Shown: in pieces, positions 8,403-12,904 of the stretch
Position numbering within the stretch: position 1 is the stretch's first letter
How the letters are laid out: every line of letters starts with the position of its first letter
Assembly (NCBI GenBank): GCA_044356295.1
Contig: JBIKWN010000066.1
Location: 1 to 12,904, forward strand
DNA length: 12,904 bases
From: Bdellovibrionota bacterium
GTDB lineage: Bacteria; Bdellovibrionota_C; UBA2361; JBIKWN01
Direction of reading: 5' to 3'
Notes under the pieces: generated by a model
What the model was told of the DNA's origin: nothing
Seen by the model: only the letters and a program-made list of their open reading frames with translations
Database searches by the model: none
Translations under genes and position numbers: made by a program

Positions 8403-8653
8403 TAGGAAACAACGAGTGGTGTAGAAAGTCAGAGTCGAAGCCGCATTAGTATCGTGGAAGCAGTGGTTTATACAATCTGGTTGATGTTTACCTGAAGATT
8501 ATTGAAGCAACAGCATTCTGTAAGCTATTGATCTTAGGTTATTACATTCTTTTACGAGCAGCGGATATCAAGATGGTACTTTTCTAGCCAACAAAGATTT
8601 GAAGAGAATCACTTAAATGTAATCAGAGTTTCTTAATTCACAAATGATTGCAT

Positions 8654-10504
8654 TTAATACAACCCAAGTATCTGCTCCCCATAAAGCGCAAGTTTGTTTT
8701 CACCAATTCCATGAACAGACTCCAACTCACGAAGTGTTTGAGGCATTTTACGTGATATTTCTTGCAGCGTTTTATCACCCAAAATCATATAAGCAGGTAT
8801 ACCTTTCTGCCGAGCAACATCAGCGCGCCATCTTCTAAGAACTTCAAAAAAATCTTGATTATACGACTCTTCACCAAGTTGAATTCTTCGGTCACGCCGT
8901 TTATCTGAACTGAGGGACGCAGAAATAAGAGGTCTCTTTAAAGTGAGACTCGGTTTTTCCTGAATAAACTTCATCCCTGCTTGGGTGACTTCAATCGTTC
9001 TAAATTTTTCAAGATTGATTCTTAGGAACCCTGCACTAATAAGTTCTCTTCCGTAATATTGCCAATCGGTACGACTAATATCATCTCCAATGCCAAACGT
9101 TGAAAGAGAATCGTGCCCCCATTTGATAACTTTTTCAGTTTCATTTCCTTGTAAGATATCTACAAGATGAACAAGCCCAACGTTAAATCCGCTCATTTGT
9201 TTCACTCGAAGTGCACAAGAAATTAGTTTAAGAGCAATCTCAGTTCCATGTACAAGGTCCCGAGGAGCGATGCAATTATCGCATGTGCCGCACTGCTCAA
9301 GAACTTCTCCTTTATCAGAGCAGTAAGTTTCACCAAAATAGTGAAGCAGCGACACCCTTCGACATTGAGATGATTCTGCAAAATGAATTAACTGAGTCAG
9401 TTGCGTTTGTGCAGTTTGTTGCTCAGTTTGATCTTCCATCCTATCGATAAAAGATCTTATTTTCGCTGCATCACCTGGGCTGTAGAGCAGAACACACTCA
9501 CTTGGAATTCCGTCTCTGCCCGCTCTCCCTGTTTCTTGGTAGTAACTTTCAATATTTTTTGGAAGATCGTGATGGATGACAAATCGAACATCAGGTTTAT
9601 CAACTCCCATTCCGAATGCAATCGTTGCAACCATGACCTGTGTTTTATCGATGATAAAGTTATCTTGACGTTTTTCACGGTCTTTAGCAGTTAATCCAGC
9701 GTGATAACTTTCTGCTTTTATATTTTTCTTTCTTAGAGCTTCAGCAACTTTTTCAGTTTGTGCTCTACTTAAACAGTAAATAATTCCTGATTCGTTTTTG
9801 TGTTCAGCTATGATTTCAAGAATCTGTTTTATAGCTGACATTTTGGGAACGATTCTGTATGAAAGATTCGGTCGATTAAAACTTGCTGTAAAAATAGCAG
9901 GATTTTTTAACTCGAGTGACTCAATAATATCATCTTGCACTCGTTTTGTGGCTGTAGCTGTAAGAGCAATAATAGGAAGATCTGGAATTTTTTCTCTGAA
10001 GATTTTTAATGCTCTATATTCTGGTCTGAAGTCATGTCCCCATGATGAAATACAATGTGCTTCATCAACGGCAAGTGCTTCAAGATTCAAAGAGATAAGT
10101 TTATCAATCATTCCATCTATCATGAGGCGCTCTGGTGAAACGTAGAGAATTTTTATTTTATTATTATAAAGCTGCTTCCAGATCTCTTTTGCAGAAGCTT
10201 CATCATGTGAGGAGTTTAAAAATCCAGCGTTTATTCCCATCTCTTTTAACGAATCCACTTGATCTTTCATTAAGGCAATAAGTGGAGAGATGACAACAGT
10301 TAATCCTTTACGAACAAGAGCTGGGAGTTGGTAGCATAAAGATTTTCCACCACCGGTAGGAAGCAGGGCTAGGGTGTCTCGCTTTTCAAGATGGGACTCT
10401 ATGATTTGTCGCTGGAGTGGGCGAAATGATGTGAAGCCGAAATACTGTCTTAATACTACAGCAAGTGGATCGGTTTCTGATGTTGAGGTGGTATCGTTAG
10501 GCAT
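8654..10504 (-). CDS. recQ: ATP-dependent DNA helicase RecQ
   Basis: LPTGGGKS (motif I), [45 protein letters not shown], Zn-binding CRR...CGTCDNC, RQC winged-helix region and one C-terminal HRDC domain. Confidence 0.97.
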   Translation of the reverse strand: MPNDTTSTSETDPLAVVLRQYFGFTSFRPLQRQIIESHLEKRDTLALLPTGGGKSLCYQLPALVRKGLTVVISPLIALMKDQVDSLKEMGINAGFLNSSHDEASAKEIWKQLYNNKIKILYVSPERLMIDGMIDKLISLNLEALAVDEAHCISSWGHDFRPEYRALKIFREKIPDLPIIALTATATKRVQDDIIESLELKNPAIFTASFNRPNLSYRIVPKMSAIKQILEIIAEHKNESGIIYCLSRAQTEKVAEALRKKNIKAESYHAGLTAKDREKRQDNFIIDKTQVMVATIAFGMGVDKPDVRFVIHHDLPKNIESYYQETGRAGRDGIPSECVLLYSPGDAAKIRSFIDRMEDQTEQQTAQTQLTQLIHFAESSQCRRVSLLHYFGETYCSDKGEVLEQCGTCDNCIAPRDLVHGTEIALKLISCALRVKQMSGFNVGLVHLVDILQGNETEKVIKWGHDSLSTFGIGDDISRTDWQYYGRELISAGFLRINLEKFRTIEVTQAGMKFIQEKPSLTLKRPLISASLSSDKRRDRRIQLGEESYNQDFFEVLRRWRADVARQKGIPAYMILGDKTLQEISRKMPQTLRELESVHGIGENKLALYGEQILGLY

Positions 10505-10852
10505 GATATTTTGTCATATGCATCGTATAATACATGGTCAGAGTTTCCTAAGGTTACGCGAAAAAGAGTAGGGTAAATTACTTGGGATTGGAGAGGCTCA
10601 CATTTATAATCTTAAAACACTTTGGCGATGTTGATACCGACAACATCACGATCCTTTCCGACGAGGCCCCCACCGACCGACGAATAATCGTTAAGCAGGA
10701 ACCAAGTGTGCTAAGGGTTCCCACTCCTAACTACTTGTCTTCTGCCTTTTTTTAGCGCAGGTAGAACAAATTATGGCGGATCTCCTCAGTGCTGCCGTTT
10801 CTAAAATAGCAGAGGATCCTCATTTATATGATGATCTTTACAAAAAATTAAC

Positions 10853-11695
10853 TCAATACTTATAAAACCCACGCCCAGATTTCTTACCATACCATCCAGC
10901 TTCAACATACTTAACGAGCAAAGGACATGGACGATATTTATCCTCTCCAAGTTCTGAGTGAAGAATTCGTAAAATATAGAGCAACGTATCGAGCCCAACA
11001 AAGTCAGCAAGAGTTAATGGCCCCATCGGCTGATTTGTTCCAAGTTTCATTGCATTATCAATATCTTCTGCAGAAACACCTTCTTGTAGCAGAAAAATTG
11101 CTTCATTAATCATCGGGCAAAGAATTCGGTTCACTACAAAACCAGGACCATCAATGCCTTTGACTAATGTTTTATCCATTTTTTCGCAGATAGTTTTAAC
11201 AGCATCAAAAGTTGCATCACTTGTTTGTAGTCCTCGAATAACTTCAATCAGTTTCATTACAGGGACTGGATTCATAAAGTGCATTCCAATCATTTGTTCA
11301 GGACGTTTTGTCACGCTGGCAAGTTTTGTAATAGAGATCGACGAAGTGTTACTACAAAGAATTGCTTCTTTGGGAAGCAGTGAATCGAGTTTCTGAAAAA
11401 GTTCTTTTTTTATCTCAAAGTTTTCAACGATAGCTTCAATACAAACAGTTCGGTCACTAAGGTCTTCAAGTTTTGTGCAAGGAGTTAAGCGAGATAAAGT
11501 CTCTTTTTTTTGCTCAGCTGTAATTTTTTCTTTTTCTACGGCTTTTTGAAGCAGTGTCTCAATTAATGTCATCCCCTTTTTCAGGGAAGCATCGTGTGCG
11601 TCAAACAGGCGCACTTCATATCCAGCAAAAGCTGCAACCTGAGCGATGCCTGCTCCCATTTGTCCTGCGCCAATTACACCAATTTTTTGTGCCAT
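10853..11695 (-). CDS. hbd: 3-hydroxybutyryl-CoA dehydrogenase
   Basis: GAGQMGAGIA Rossmann motif, SNTSSISIT, GMHFMNPVPVMKL, PGFVVNRIL, PMGPLTLADFVGLD and GKKSGRGFY; AGAGGA Shine-Dalgarno-like sequence upstream. Confidence 0.93.
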   Translation of the reverse strand: MAQKIGVIGAGQMGAGIAQVAAFAGYEVRLFDAHDASLKKGMTLIETLLQKAVEKEKITAEQKKETLSRLTPCTKLEDLSDRTVCIEAIVENFEIKKELFQKLDSLLPKEAILCSNTSSISITKLASVTKRPEQMIGMHFMNPVPVMKLIEVIRGLQTSDATFDAVKTICEKMDKTLVKGIDGPGFVVNRILCPMINEAIFLLQEGVSAEDIDNAMKLGTNQPMGPLTLADFVGLDTLLYILRILHSELGEDKYRPCPLLVKYVEAGWYGKKSGRGFYKY

Positions 11696-11752
11696 AGTTT
11701 TATTCCTCTCTCGGAAGTTTCTTTTTCAAATGAATACTATACACTATACCCT

Positions 11753-12766
11753 ATGTTTCGTCTTGTTGCCCGTGATCTTGCTATCGACCTTGGAACCGCT
11801 AACACCCTAATCTACGAAAAGGGTAAGGGGATAATATTAAATGAGCCTACTATCATCGCTGTTAAGATAGATGGCAATCAAAAAACGCCAGTTGCTTACG
11901 GCAGTGAAGCAAAAATAATGCTTGGTCGTACTCCGGACGGTGTCAAAGTTATTCGTCCAATCCGAACCGGCGTTATTGCTGATTTTGAAGCAGCAAGTAT
12001 GATGCTTAATCATTTTCTTGCCCAAGTTCGAAAAAAGAACCGCGGAATTTTTCCTCCTCGAGTCATTGTTGGAGTACCAAGTAGTATTACCGAAGTAGAA
12101 AAGCGTGCTATTCGTGAAGCAGTCGAGCGTCAGGCCCGAGAAGTAAAGCTTATCGATGAAGCAATGTCTGCTGCAATCGGATGTAACCTTCCAGTGACTG
12201 AAGCAACAGCTTCTTTAATTGTTGATATCGGTGGTGGGACTACTGATATAGCAGTCATTAGTTTAAAAGATATCGTTTATTCGCTCTCTGTTCGTGAAGG
12301 TGGAGATGCGATGGATGAAGCCATTATTAATCACATGAGGCGTCGCCATCACTTACTGATTGGTGAAGCAACTGCAGAGTTAATTAAAAAAACTGTAGGT
12401 AGCGCACACAGCCATTATGATGGACAAGAAATGGATGTTCGCGGACGTTCCCTTATAAGTGGAGCACCTGATTCTAAACGTGTTACCAGTGACGAGATTC
12501 GTGAAGCAAGTAGTGAAGTTGTTGCAACGATTACTGCTGCGATTCGTCAGGCACTTGAAAATACTCCTCCTGAACTGAGTGGCGATATTTTATCCCGCGG
12601 AATGTCTCTTGCTGGTGGTGGAGCGCTTCTCAAAGGTATCGATAAGAAAATCTCAGAAGAGCTGCAAATTGCGGTAACTATTGCTGATGATCCACTTGCA
12701 GCAGTTGTTGAAGGTGCTGGGAAGTGCCTTGATAATGCAGAGATTTACCGTGGGGTTTGGTTCTAA
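11753..12766 (+). CDS. mreB: Rod shape-determining actin-like protein MreB (337 aa)
   Basis: DLAIDLGTANT, LGRTP, GVIADF, ITEVEKRA, VDIGGGTTDIAVIS, LENTPPELSGDI and LAGGGALL motifs. The start is reassigned to ATG 11753 because the longer ORF overlaps hbd. Confidence 0.95.
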   Translation: MFRLVARDLAIDLGTANTLIYEKGKGIILNEPTIIAVKIDGNQKTPVAYGSEAKIMLGRTPDGVKVIRPIRTGVIADFEAASMMLNHFLAQVRKKNRGIFPPRVIVGVPSSITEVEKRAIREAVERQAREVKLIDEAMSAAIGCNLPVTEATASLIVDIGGGTTDIAVISLKDIVYSLSVREGGDAMDEAIINHMRRRHHLLIGEATAELIKKTVGSAHSHYDGQEMDVRGRSLISGAPDSKRVTSDEIREASSEVVATITAAIRQALENTPPELSGDILSRGMSLAGGGALLKGIDKKISEELQIAVTIADDPLAAVVEGAGKCLDNAEIYRGVWF

Positions 12767-12852
12767 AGCACTACTGTCCGGTACCAATCTATGTGCATTA
12801 AGTAATTGAAAAGTTACTACTAAACAAAGATTTGATATTTTTTCCATTTAGT

Positions 12853-12904
12853 AACGCGAAGGTCGCGAAGTACGCGAAGAAAATAATTATCCCTTCGCGT
12901 ACTT
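12853..12904. repeat. CGCGAAG 9-bp-period triplet with inverted copy (palindromic intergenic repeat, truncated by the window edge)
   Basis: AACGCGAAG GTCGCGAAG TACGCGAAG at 12853-12879. AAGTACGCGAAG (12868-12879) is the perfect reverse complement of CTTCGCGTACTT (12893-12904), with a 13-nt loop. Confidence 0.85.

Noticed and set aside
10797..10814. GTTTCTAAAATAGCAGAG looks vaguely like a Cas9 tracrRNA fragment
   Set aside because: Short AT-rich similarity only; no cas9 or CRISPR repeat to pair with.
11594..11752. 53-aa N-terminal extension of MreB in the ORF track
   Set aside because: Overlaps hbd on the opposite strand; MreB homology begins at the ATG at 11753.
1776..12847. Other short ORFs in the track (1776, 2322, 6412, 8644, 9401, 9457, 9798, 10374, 10801, 10927, 11154, 11837, 12653)
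   Set aside because: Antisense or alternate-frame shadows of well-supported genes, with no protein-like motifs.

Overview
Bacterial, AT-rich chromosomal window. Left to right: the 5' part of an RND efflux permease and its periplasmic adaptor (minus strand); a RAYT/IS200-like HUH (Y1) transposase on the plus strand, bracketed by short imperfect inverted repeats; a minus-strand tyrosine/homogentisate catabolic operon (hmgA, hppD, FAA-hydrolase, and a conserved hypothetical gene, with no recognisable maiA); an intergenic patch of gene remnants; recQ; a hairpin-rich spacer; 3-hydroxybutyryl-CoA dehydrogenase; a divergent mreB with no visible mreC; and a CGCGAAG palindromic repeat at the right edge. 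The most unusual feature is a 60-bp, 56/60-identical copy of an internal recQ segment (9663-9722) at 3917-3976. It is fused directly to the transposase's right-end repeat cluster, and its differences from recQ fall mostly at third codon positions. All product calls come from motif recognition only; no searches were run.
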